From positions 1,736,001 through 1,800,000 of the forward strand of contig OZ025781.1 of assembly GCA_964019425.1 (NCBI GenBank): DNA of 64,000 bases, written 5' to 3'. Under the pieces are notes generated by a model. The model worked only from the letters and a program-made list of their open reading frames with translations, was not told the DNA's origin and ran no database searches. The stretch's first letter is position 1. The number at the start of each line of letters is the position of its first letter. Positions 24,211 through 36,033 of the stretch are shown here, in pieces. The DNA comes from Flectonema sp. DT1601. Lineage: Eukaryota. The position numbers were made by a program, and so were the translations under genes.

Positions 24211-24924
24211 TAAGTTTGGTAAAACAAGTATCGATTTATCTTTTAGTCTTCATTAAAGTCCTAAATGTTGAATTGTTGAATGCATTCCAGCGCACCTCGT
24301 TGCGTTACATTTCATCTCTGCGATCTGTAGTCGTTTGTACGAATCACATTAATAATACTCAAAAGTGATTTACTCCACTCGTATTCTTATGGCGTGAGTT
24401 AATAGATCGCCACAATGTAGTTATTCTTTTTGTTTATTTTATTTTCTATATCTAATAAGCAAAGCCATCGCTTGCTTTCCTAATCGCAGGGTCGTTTCCC
24501 TGCTTTACAGAGATCTTGAAGACCACACGAAGTACAAAGTGACCTGTTCACTAGTGGTTGATCAGCAGTTTGTTGATTATGACCAGCTGCGGGTTAACTG
24601 TGCAAGAAGAAGGAGTGGTAGACTCTGGTTTAATTATAGTTCCTACTTACACATTTTATTTATTCAAATTACTTTTAGATTCTCAATGAGCTTAAACCCC
24701 CGTTTTGTAAAACAATCTCAGTGACTATGACCACTGGCGGGGGGATTTCGGGCTGCGCGAGATGATTTATTCCTACATTGCTTCCTCTCTATTAGTAGTT
24801 CTATTTACGCTCGTTTTGCGTTTTCTTTTAAATATTTTCGTGTAGAAACATGAAATATATTTGAGTCTACTGTCTTACGAGTATCAATTATGATCAACTT
24901 GTAACAGGTACCTCAGAACAAAAC

Positions 24925-27408
24925 ATGGAAATAGATTTTGAACCTCCTCGACCCCCGAAGGTACTGTTCCCAGTGAAGGTGGCAATTTTCATTACAACGA
25001 TTTTATCATCAGCTGTTTCGTTAGTTGCTGGGATCTTATTGTACGAAGAGTCTGTAGTCGCACTTGAGGATGCGGTTCGTGTTTCCAGCAACGCGACGAT
25101 GAGTGTAGTCGGTAAACAAGTTGCCCATTCATTTGCACAGTCCGAACAGGCTGCTGATGCAGCAAATAGGGCAGTGCTGAGGATGATTCCCAAAGATAAC
25201 AATCCTTATGAAGAATTACTTAATCGATGGACTGATTTTGCCTTTGCTAATGTTAAATCACAAAACGAGCGCGTGATGGGTGTTGGAATGAGATGCGTGA
25301 GGCGCATTGATGAGCCGTGGAATAATCAATATGGGTACTTTAGGGGATCTGTTTGGTGGGATCCGATGACTGGACAAGACGGCAGCTATTGGAAACTCTA
25401 TGCAAAATCAATTAGCTTCCCCGGAATGATTAATCCTTTCACAAATGCCAGCGTTTGGAACATAAGTGAGCCCAGACCTTATCGAGCTATCGTTTCTGAG
25501 TTGGATTCATTCACAGGTGAGACGCTTGAAGCATACGATTCATTGGGGGACTCAGTAAGGAAGTGGGTCAAATTTTTAAACACTCAAGGGTCTGTGGGAC
25601 GTTGGGTTGGTCCATATTTCTGGCACTCACCTGATCACACAATATATCAATATTTAGAATATCGGGTAAAGGGAATTCAATTGCAATCTTTCCCAGATTT
25701 CGACATCGTTCAAATCGCGTTCTTCACATTCGATTCCTGGGTTGAGCTTCTTCAAAACTACGATGACGGAACTCAACAAATGGTTTTACTGAATCACAAG
25801 ACTGGCGTTGTTTTCGCGCACACGTTCTTCAGTGCGCGAACTATTAAAAACGGATGTGGTAGGTGTACCAGTCAAACTTGTATTTCCTTCGATTCCTGCG
25901 CTGTTTTACTGTCTTCACTCGGACCAACTATTACTGAAGCAGGAGCTAAGGCATCACGAAAGTCAAATGGACAGTTCTTTACAGCAAGTTTACCAACCAC
26001 AGACTTACAATTCAGGGTAGAGATTGGTAAGCGTTTCGAGCCTAACGACACAGAAGAACTAAACCCTCTACCGAAGGTGATCCGAATGGAATTTATTAAT
26101 TTGCCTTCTGGTGAATATTATATTCGTATGGAAAGAGTTGTTCAGTATTCCGAAGAGCAGATACAACTTCTTTGGATTAAGTCAACGTCGTCAGTGACGG
26201 ACAAAGTTAACGCCGCATTAATTCAACTGATTATATTATGCGGATTGATATTCGTAATGGATGGTTTCATTGCTGTGTTTGAAGTTATTTTTATTGCAGT
26301 GCCGCTGTCAAAATTACAAAAGTGCGTTCAATTTCTCGAAGTTATGGAACTGAAGGAGTGCAAAGATATTTTAGGTGAAGTGTACGCTTGTATTGGAATT
26401 GCTGAAGTCTGGGAAGTGATATTGGGATTGTCATTCGCTGTTATTTCGTTAGACAACTACAGGACATTTCTTCCAAAAGCTCTTCTTGTGTCCCGCAACT
26501 CAGACGACAAGAATAAGGAAGATGATGTTTCCGTCAATTCCAAGAGAAGTAAAGTACCATCTGTGCGATCCCACAGTACTCACTCTTCAGAATCCATTAC
26601 ACACAACAAGTCTACGAGGTTCAATAAAACTGTGTCGGACATCTCTTGTGGTTCGCTGTTAGTTATTACTGTCAGCCCATTAATCAAATCGACCTTCAAC
26701 ACGGGACTATTCGCTGATTTGGTTTCTTTAATTGACATGTGCGGCACGAAATCGAAAGGCGTGTGTTACGGATTCTATCCTGGCTCACCCAATACATTTC
26801 TTATCGGATGGGGTATGTCTATGAAATGTGATAATGTTGCAGTCAGGGCTGCAACAGCAGCTACAGAAATCAGGAAAGCAACTCCTGCAAGACACACGGT
26901 AGCAGCAGCAATAGCTGCCGGATCTTGTCGATATGGAAATGTTGGTTCGCGATCACTGAGAGGGTTTGGAATGTTCGGCGGTCTTGTTGATCACTTGCAC
27001 CAAATTCATGAATACACTGGAGTACAGGTATCAGGTTGTGGTGAATCAATGATTTGTATTTCTGATGTTCAAAGGATAAAAGGATCATTTGAAACTTGTG
27101 CCGTTGGAATACTTCAATCATCTCAATCAGTGATGCACATTATTAATGAAATCATCTCACAGATTGACGCGACTAACAATGAATGGATGTACCAACTTGC
27201 AGACGCTGCGAGCTCTACGGACGAGTTGATTCACTCGTTGCTTTCTGCAGTTATTTCGGAACAACCAATTTCAGAAGACCACGACGCTTTTAAATGTGAA
27301 AATCTCAAACCCTCACAGTCATCGTTGCTCGCGTTATTGTCAGACAGAAAACATGATCCCTCCTCCATAGTATTTCATTCCCACTTCCACCCTGTCGGTT
27401 GCTACTAA
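24925..27408 (+). CDS. Receptor-type membrane protein with a degenerate adenylate/guanylate cyclase-like domain
   Basis: Two TM segments flank a roughly 390-aa extracellular region. These are followed by a HAMP-like segment ending YRTFLPKAL, a cyclase-like AAG..RYGNVGS..RGF segment, and NEWMYQL. Confidence 0.7.
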   Translation: MEIDFEPPRPPKVLFPVKVAIFITTILSSAVSLVAGILLYEESVVALEDAVRVSSNATMSVVGKQVAHSFAQSEQAADAANRAVLRMIPKDNNPYEELLNRWTDFAFANVKSQNERVMGVGMRCVRRIDEPWNNQYGYFRGSVWWDPMTGQDGSYWKLYAKSISFPGMINPFTNASVWNISEPRPYRAIVSELDSFTGETLEAYDSLGDSVRKWVKFLNTQGSVGRWVGPYFWHSPDHTIYQYLEYRVKGIQLQSFPDFDIVQIAFFTFDSWVELLQNYDDGTQQMVLLNHKTGVVFAHTFFSARTIKNGCGRCTSQTCISFDSCAVLLSSLGPTITEAGAKASRKSNGQFFTASLPTTDLQFRVEIGKRFEPNDTEELNPLPKVIRMEFINLPSGEYYIRMERVVQYSEEQIQLLWIKSTSSVTDKVNAALIQLIILCGLIFVMDGFIAVFEVIFIAVPLSKLQKCVQFLEVMELKECKDILGEVYACIGIAEVWEVILGLSFAVISLDNYRTFLPKALLVSRNSDDKNKEDDVSVNSKRSKVPSVRSHSTHSSESITHNKSTRFNKTVSDISCGSLLVITVSPLIKSTFNTGLFADLVSLIDMCGTKSKGVCYGFYPGSPNTFLIGWGMSMKCDNVAVRAATAATEIRKATPARHTVAAAIAAGSCRYGNVGSRSLRGFGMFGGLVDHLHQIHEYTGVQVSGCGESMICISDVQRIKGSFETCAVGILQSSQSVMHIINEIISQIDATNNEWMYQLADAASSTDELIHSLLSAVISEQPISEDHDAFKCENLKPSQSSLLALLSDRKHDPSSIVFHSHFHPVGCY

Positions 27409-28039
27409 TCGGGAAGCTCGGTGTTAGTTAGATTATTATTTTAACTCCAAAGTAATTAATTATCGTTTTTATTATTTATTATGACCCCAGACTTCTGTTT
27501 AAATGTTCTCTTTTTTTAATGAAAGCTTTTGCAGTATATAGACACCGCAATTTCGGTAATGTGACAAGTTCTTTTTTTATTTTATTTTTAATATTATGCT
27601 TAGCCCTTTTTTTTTTGTGAATGTAATTTGACTGTGAGCTCTTTTAAGACGAAGTTGATTCCTTGTGACTTTAAAGTTTGTAAGTAATTCAACAAAAAAA
27701 AACTCAAATGTTAGATTTGTGGAGCTGAACTATTTTCATAGCTCAACCATCGAGTTTTGAAAGTCTTTTATTCACAGTACTTGTAAACTCACATGTGTGT
27801 GTTAATTGCACAGATTTGCCCTGCGTTTACCGCTGTGGTTTCTTCTTCTGAGATGCCATGTAAGCAGCAGAAGTAATTTTCAGCCTTTTCAATTTATAAA
27901 TTTACACAAGCAGCATTTCCTATCTCAGACTGTTGTCTAACAAGCATTTACAAGCATTACGCTGTGCATTATTTATTAATTAACGAGATAACACGTACTA
28001 GTTGAACATAATAATACTTTCTCAGATGGATATGAAAAA

Positions 28040-31000
28040 ATGGAATGCGATGCTCGTCAGGCAGTCGACTGCGTGCTGTCAGAAGACCAAGTTGCAGTAC
28101 TGCAGGATGTGTTTTCAGACAACGAAGACGGATTAGAAGAGAAAGAGTTTACAAATATAATGTTAGAGATGTTCCCTGGCGGCTATTCAAAAACAGACTT
28201 TCAAATTTTATTCATGAGAATAGACACCCAAAGTATCGGAAGAATCCATTGGCATGACGTGGAATCGTTTTTGTTATTCAACAGGGCACGACAGAGTGAC
28301 ACGCACCTCAACAGGGAAAGTGCGAATGAAATGACGGAGTACAGCGCCAGGAATACAAAATGGGAAACCCACCAACAAACCATTTCTCAAATAGTTTGCC
28401 ATCCAAGGCTTCCAAAATATTACACAGCAGGGGAAGACGGGGTAGTAAAAATGTGGAATGGAACAACGCTCAGCTTAGAAGCGACAGTTCACAGCGGAAA
28501 TGCAAACACCTGGATCACTTCAATGCTTGTTGTTCCGACAACACCAGAATTACTTATTGTATCAACTATCGATCGCTGTATTTCTCTCTACGATGCAACA
28601 ACAGGTGATATGGTTCGTGTCTATCGCGGTCGAAAACAAAAAGGAAAGAAAATATGGAAGCGCGAGGTTTTGTACCGAGACCCACCTCCCAAGTCCCAAT
28701 TGACATCTGCTGGATTTGAGAACCTTCAAAGTACTCATCAATATTCCTCAACTCTTATGTCTCATTTGAGATCAAAGCAACTGATAGATGTCATAGCACT
28801 GGAACACCTTAATAAAGTACCGACTGCTTTGGGTATGATTCTTTCTGTTTTAATGATTCTCGCGAGGTGCGGGTAGTTAATAAATAATTTACCTTTGAAT
28901 TCAAACAATCAGCTGTTTACGGAGAATGTGAAGGACTACTCGTGGGATCAGATGACGGGCAGCTGTTGTTGTACGACGTACTGAGAGAGACGTCGAGTGA
29001 GTTCAGCGTTCCGTGTTTGAGCCACTCGGAGGTAGACGGGGATCGCATTGCCGGTTGGCAAACAGGTCACAACTCAGCTATTACTTCAATGAAAACTGCT
29101 TCAACAATTGAAAGTATTCTAACTGGTGGGATGGATGGAACAATCAGAGTCATGTCTGTTGAAAGAGGATGTCTGTTGCGAGTACTGGGCGGATCAACAA
29201 ACGAGTTAGCTACGCATGAAGTTGGTCATCGAAAGTCAGTTTATAACATCACTTGGTCTGCGGACCATCGAATTATCGCCTCTTGTGGTGCCGAGCGCGA
29301 TGTGTTGCTGTGGAATCCTTTCATTACCAAACCGTTAACCCGCTTGGCAGGTTCTCGCTCTCCCCTCGTAGACATCGTTTTCAACGATGCTGAGTCGCAG
29401 CTTTTGAGTCTCTCTGCTGACAGCACTGTCCGTATTTGGGACATCAGAATGTGGCAATGTCTTCACATCTTTCGCAATAAGGAAGTTGATCGCCTCGGAG
29501 CACTTGCATTCGATTCAAAGAGGGGTCGCATCCTAACGGGGTCAACACGTCTCCATACTAAGGCGCTGACTAAGAGAGCTGATAATTTTTCGGAAGGGTA
29601 TTTTGGGCATAGACAAGGAACCAATGCGGGATTGGTATACTCCCAGCAGTTTGGAATTGTTATTTCTGCAGACGAGCGTCGAGTGATTGTCTGGAATGCA
29701 GCAACAGCAACAATAGTGACAGAATGGCAGATCCCTGAGGGAGTGACTTCCTTATCATTTGATGTCTCAGAAAGAAGACTTATTACTGGAACAACAAGCG
29801 GCGATCTTCTTGTTTGGAATTACGCAAATGCCACTCTCATCAAAATGTATCGCGGAGGAGTGCGGAAGGCAACGAATGGTAATCAAAAACCCAAAGTTAA
29901 TGAGGCTCAGCCAATCATCGTTGCAGCAGTTGATAAACCTCATCGCGTTGATGTTGTTGTTTCAATTCAAGATCAGAAACGTATTCTGCTACACGAAGAT
30001 AACGCGTCGCATTCCCAAATACAAAATTCCAGATCTGTTGACGTCCGAGAGTATCTCGGTGCCTACAGTATATTCTTTGTTCCACCTTGTACGCTTCTTA
30101 TTGGTACTGGTGTATCTTTGGGGGTACTGTTTATGAGTCAAGTTTGCAAACCTATTTTACTTCCAATGTTATCCATTCGAATAAAAGAGAACGAGGCAGG
30201 CAGGTGGACTACTTCAAATGCGGAGAGTGTTGGTTCCAAAAAGCTGACTTTTTCGTACAAACACATGAAATCTGACAACGATGCTAAAGGAGGAAATGTT
30301 GATTCAGATGTTCAATCGAAGACTTACTTTCAAGAGCAAGAACGGATAGGAGATGGAACCACAGCAATGCTCAAACAGGATGTAGATGCCGCCACCACTG
30401 CTGCGAGCAACAGTGAGCGACAGTCGCAAGCAGCTGATGTTCACAAGAGACTCGAATTTTCACAATCAACCACAGACAAGAAAGCAATACTTTGGTATGG
30501 CATCTTATTGGGACCGTTGCATGCAGGCCTCCCTAGTTCAATGCAAAAAGTGAATGCGAACTTTCAAAAAGAATGGCTGACTGTCGACACTTACATAGAA
30601 AGCATAACCGTAATAACTAGACTACAACATACAGCAGTGACGTGTAGGGGTGATGGGACGATAAGTTTTTGGTCTTATCCAAGTGCTCAAATGACTGAAG
30701 AAGAGTTCGGGGAGTTATTAAGATTTCAAGCATCTTACAAACGTGGCAATGCTGTGCATGTCCTATGTCTCGACCAGTCTGAAGACACACTTTTCACTGG
30801 TGATGTCTGTGGCTACTTCAGTAGCTATTCTCTTAATAATCTTGTGTATCAGACTGACTTACTGCAATCACCCGAGTTGGTTGAAAAGTCTGTCGGGTTT
30901 CGGGTATTTGATGTCGGCATCACAGCAATAGTGCACCTCCCGAAAACGAAAACGCTCCTCGTTGGATCAGCCAAATGTGAAATAACTTTACTAAAGGGTA

Positions 31001-32853
31001 ACGAAATTCATAAAAACACGGCAGTCATCTGGCTCTACGGGACCCCGAACCCGATGATGAAAAACATTACAACAAATACGGAGCCAACTCACCGATTGCC
31101 AGTTGACTCTGCCACTGCTACATATTGTCTGGACCTTTATAGAAAGCAAAGTATCGTAACAGCTGTTGGGGGAGGTGTCGATTCCGTTGCTGGAATCAAG
31201 CAACTCTTCAGCGGTGGCAGTTGTTCTTCCTCAGAGTACAACTATCACTATAATGACACCAATTACGATACCGACAACTGCTTTCATTGGTCCAAAACAG
31301 CGACCTACTACCTCTTTGAAGACGTCAACAGCTTGCACTTTGATAAGTTGATTAAGGAAATGCTAACCTCTGAAGAACCGATGCTTGTTCAAAACGAAGG
31401 AGAAAAGTTATTCTTGTCAGATGTGAACTTGATTGACAACGCCGATACAGCTGCTGATGAAGCGCCGTCGATGAAGCTGCCGCTAGCCCGCCTTGGGAGT
31501 ACTGCTACTGTGAATACCCCCAGAGAACACCATCTGGAGAAGCAGCCAACAAGCTTTCGTTATATTCCAACTAGACCTCTGACACACCTGTCAAGTAGTG
31601 ATACGAGAAAAGGGGTAGACTTTAATACGAGGAGGCCGATGGCCTGTCGCCAGAAGTCCGATTGCAAAATGGTGCGCAATAACAATTCACTAAACATGTC
31701 AATCAACAAAGCGGCTTACCAGGGTTCTGTTTTAACTGGTTTGGTAGAAAGTCTCCCAACTTGTGTGACACAACCACCTCAAGAGATTATAGACCTTCAG
31801 AGAAAGCTTCTCGGCTTCGACGACAAGGACGGTGACTTATCTAAGAAGACTAGACAGCAGGTAGAAAGCTGCCCCAATGCTAAAGAAGCAACAGCAATGT
31901 CAGCAGTAAGGTACTCATATCCGCTGCAGTTGCAGCAACCACCGCAAATTAAGAGATATGCTGTTCGTAGAGGAGGGAGGTATTCGAATAAGGAAGATTA
32001 CGATTTTCAATCCAACAACGACACAGAGAATACTCGAATGACATTTAGGAAACGGATCTACAAAAAGCCTTCAATCGCACTCACAACAATTAACGGACCA
32101 AATTGGGAATTCAGTGATCTGGTCTCTGATGCCATCGAAGAAGATTACTCCTCGGGCTCTGACGATCCCGAAGTACATTATTGGCAATGTGATGATAGTG
32201 TCTCTGCTGTTCGAAGACCCCAGGCTCCAAAACTTGCTTTAGACAAACAATCATATTCCCGGACTCATGGTCTTATCCGACTCACACAATCACCAACACC
32301 AGATGCTAATGAAATCGATGTGCCAACTGTTGAAGAGTCAACTGAACTGAGTGACGGTGATGAAACGTTGTTCACTTCAATTCGTAAAGAAACTTCATTA
32401 CTATTATCTGAGGTGGGAAATACCTCTGCAATTGGACTCAGCACTCATGTGAGCAATCGATCAACTTCGAGTGAGGAAGGCAGTGACGATGAAAAAAAGA
32501 TTTCGAAGACCCTTCCCCGTCAGGACAACAAACCACAAGACGGTTTCGCTGCCGCTGCTCAAGAGCGGCTTTGGTTCAAACGCGCCCAGCAAGAGTGTCC
32601 CCCAACAAAGCGGCGCAACCGTAAGTACGACGTTGGCACCATTCCAATTAGAGCTTTAATGAATTTACAAATTCTGAAACCTGCACATGTTCAGGACCCG
32701 AGAAGGTATCATCACTTCAAAAAACATGAAATCAGAGCAGCTGAATCCAGAGACGGGGAGCAGATGTACCGCGTGCAGCTCCCAACTTGGGCTTTTGGGA
32801 AGGCGCAGATGATCCGATCACACCAATACCAATCATCATCATCACCATCATGA
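28040..32853 (+). CDS. EF-hand plus WD40-repeat protein (WDR49/EFCAB8-like); exons 28040-28832 and 28913-32853
   Basis: EF-hand-like FMRIDTQSIGRIHW and many WD repeats (TAGEDGVVKMWN, SLSADSTVRIWD). An 80-bp GTATG-AG intron at 28833-28912 joins the two ORFs in frame. Confidence 0.85.
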
Positions 32854-33040
32854 AGTGATTCATGGTGAGGGTTTGACTTCTCGTTGGTAGTGATCATCAA
32901 ACATTCTTACACTGAGTTGTTCCTCAGCATTCTATATTCGTCTTTTGTTTCTAATTCCAATTACATTTACCCAACCTCGAAATACTTACATTGTTTCTTA
33001 GTATCGCACTCTTAGTTCTTCAACAGTTGTTTTTCACAAT

Positions 33041-34227
33041 ATGACGAAATCTAAAATGTATCGCAAGAAGGAAAAGAAAGAAGTAGAAGCCGACCCCGTG
33101 ATTAGGGCTCTAAAAGCCAGCCAACGGGGTGATGTAATCCGCGTGAAGGCTCACCTTTTAAATGAAGAAAATCAAAATAAAATTAAAGACTACGTAGAGA
33201 AGCAAGATGAGATATCAGTTTTTGAAGTTCAAGGTAGCATAGGGATGGCAGGTTTGAGAAGGTACTCTCCGATACTGTGTAACCACTTGGACACTTTGAG
33301 GAGATTGAGTTTGCCAGCAAACAATTTAACAGTCCCGTGTGTGTTGGATCTGGTGTGTGCCTTAAAACTTCCAGAAAATAAAACCTTGGAGCTGTTGGAC
33401 TTATCAAGTAACCCAATCCAGTCTGAAGGATTTAAAGTTCTGATGTCGAATGTTCTCATGAATACAACTTTAAAAGCGTTACTGCTATCGAAATGTAGTA
33501 TCGGCGATCAGGGTGTTGTCGCTTCGCGTCAGTACTTTATTGGGAAACGCCGTACCGCAAACAACGATTTTTACATCAACTTGTCTCAAAACCAGATTGG
33601 ACCTACTGGTTACATGGTCATAATGAAATCACTCCCGTCTTGGATGTCTATCACATTGACGAGACAGAAGCCTCCAGTCGTAATGTCGTCCCCATTACAC
33701 ACGCCAGTAAAGGGAATCGAAGACGTAGTTAATTTGCCGTCAATAGAAACACAGCCAAAGGAAGTAACAGAATCTGAAGTTGATAGCGAGTCCGAGTCCG
33801 AGTCCGAGGAAGAAGTTGAGGAAGATAATGAAGAGGAAGACATTGAAGAAGTAAATATTGAAGAGGAGGGAGAGGAGGAATTGGAAGAACGGAATTCACA
33901 ATCTGGTGAGTCGGGTGATGTCGATGCGGCTTCCTGTGAACCCGATTCTGAAACAGACGATTCTCGACCATCAGATATCATTCATCAAACGAAGCGTCCC
34001 AAACTCGTGTCTACTGCTGAGACCTCTGCCCCCATCAAACCTCGCGGTATACCTGTCCGCCCTCGATGTAGTTTAGCGATAGTGTCTTTGGTATGTTTGT
34101 TTGTTTACTAAAGAACATAAAGCAAGTTTTGGAACAAAATAAATAACTGAAACAGAAAAACGGAGGAGAGCGTGTTGCGGTGTACCGCCCTACGATGTAT
34201 CACAGGAGGCTTTACGTACCGAAGTAA
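33041..34227 (+). CDS. RNI-like leucine-rich-repeat protein with an acidic tract; exons 33041-34090 and 34156-34227
   Basis: LRR units LELLDLSSNPI, LKALLLSKCSIGDQG and INLSQNQIGPTG. A predicted phase-0 intron at 34091-34155 (GTATGT...AACAG) gives the C-terminus KNGGERVAVYRPTMYHRRLYVPK. Confidence 0.75.
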
Positions 34228-34462
34228 GTTGCTGGGTGCGACTTTCGGTTCTACGCTTCAACTGCCTAAAAATCGAGTTCGAATTAATAAAATTATGAAC
34301 TTGTTGGTAGTTGACCGTTCCATGTGTGAATGATTTCATTAAATTACTTTTCAGGAACCCCAACACGAATATTAGATACACTTCACAATAAGAGCAGAGG
34401 AGTGTTTTGTTTTCCTGTTTGGAACTTTCAGTCCATTTCCTAAACTCAGAATAAGGAATAAG

Positions 34463-35755
34463 ATGCCGCAAAAGCTATGGGAAGGCAAATGGTCCCCCCT
34501 CCGACTCGACACCGTGTCGTTAGTCGTCAGCGAAGTTCGTTCGTTTGTCGAAATATTTACCGCCCTGAAGGCAGAGATGGATAGCAATCTAGTATCTCAT
34601 GAAGGGTTAGGGCCAATGGAACGGAGAAAGTATCAAATGTTAAGAAGTGCACAATTGCGATTAGATATTTTAACACATTTCTACGATACTCATAAGAAAG
34701 ATAAAAGATCAGAAAGAATAAAGATTGCTGTTCGAACACTAAGAGGACTTCTAACTGAACAAGGTGTCGAAGAAGATCAATTCGTTCCAGAGGTCAGTCA
34801 CGGACCCATGTCAATGAGAGATCCCAGCCGGTCACCTTCAGGATCTCCTGGTAAGAGTAAAAACCTTCCTTCAGCTATCAGTCCTTCGGCAAGATCAGGA
34901 GATTCTCCTCAATCAGAACGAAAAGATGAGCCCACCGCCCTGCAACTGCTGCAGCAAAAGAATAAAGAAGACGGTTTGCGTTCACGGCTGAAATTCAGCA
35001 CTGAAAGAGAAACAGAATTGACGGGTAAGATAAGTACTTTAGAACAGGAGAATTTGAAATTGGAAAGAGCGATGCTCGAGATGTCTGAAGGACGTGAGCG
35101 AATGAAGAGTATTGTTGAAGAACAAGTGTACACGGTTTCTTTAATGACAAAAGTGACAGGGCTGCTTCATTTTGAATTGAAACGCACACTGTTCAAAACA
35201 GTTTCGCAAGGAATTATCTTCTGGTGTTTATCAACATGTTTTATAGTACACACAATTGTAACTGCTGGTGTTCATTTAATGAATTCCTATTTGTTTCTAC
35301 GAGGTCACTTTGATGATTCCCTTGGTGTTTGGAGCATGTTGTTTATTGATTGTGTAGCTGTCTCAATAATATTGGGTTTATCACATGAGTGGGTTTCGTT
35401 TGCTGATCACGATATCAATCACGGATCAATTCATTGGTTTATTGAGTCTGTTGTTATGCGTCGTGACGATGCCGTGGAGGCCGCTCGAAAATATGCATCT
35501 CGCTACACAGAACATATTGTAAAAGCGTCTCAAATCGATTTGTCAGCATATCAGCGAACTCAAAACCAGCGAAATGAAGCGGCTGCTGCTGCAGCAGCAG
35601 CTGCAGTAATCAATCCAAATTCTACGACGGGATCGCTTTCGGTTCCTCCTTCTCCACCAATTCGGGGAAAGACTGGTTCCCTTCCCAGAGCTTCTTCTTT
35701 CTCGTCACAGAGAAGAGCGTCCAACAGTATGCACAGTACGCTCCCACCACAATAA
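34463..35755 (+). CDS. Hypothetical coiled-coil membrane protein
   Basis: 430-aa ORF with a coiled coil, two hydrophobic segments and Ser/Pro-rich tracts. Confidence 0.7.
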   Translation: MPQKLWEGKWSPLRLDTVSLVVSEVRSFVEIFTALKAEMDSNLVSHEGLGPMERRKYQMLRSAQLRLDILTHFYDTHKKDKRSERIKIAVRTLRGLLTEQGVEEDQFVPEVSHGPMSMRDPSRSPSGSPGKSKNLPSAISPSARSGDSPQSERKDEPTALQLLQQKNKEDGLRSRLKFSTERETELTGKISTLEQENLKLERAMLEMSEGRERMKSIVEEQVYTVSLMTKVTGLLHFELKRTLFKTVSQGIIFWCLSTCFIVHTIVTAGVHLMNSYLFLRGHFDDSLGVWSMLFIDCVAVSIILGLSHEWVSFADHDINHGSIHWFIESVVMRRDDAVEAARKYASRYTEHIVKASQIDLSAYQRTQNQRNEAAAAAAAAAVINPNSTTGSLSVPPSPPIRGKTGSLPRASSFSSQRRASNSMHSTLPPQ

Positions 35756-36033
35756 GGTAACGTCTGCAACCATTCTTTATCTCATTTAGTGAGTACTTTA
35801 TTAGATTATTCCTCAGTTATGTTCAGTTCGTTGCTTTGTAGATTTGGAAGAGCAGTCTGAAGGAGGAGGAAATATTATTTTGAAGTTACTTCATCATAAC
35901 AGACAGTGTAAACATGGCAATGGAGAATAGCTTTGAGTGGTACTGGAGACAGATGGTATACTTGTTGTAAGAAATCTAGTCTTAAAGGTAATTCACTGCG
36001 TCGTTATTTAAATATGATTTACTAGTGTCACCA

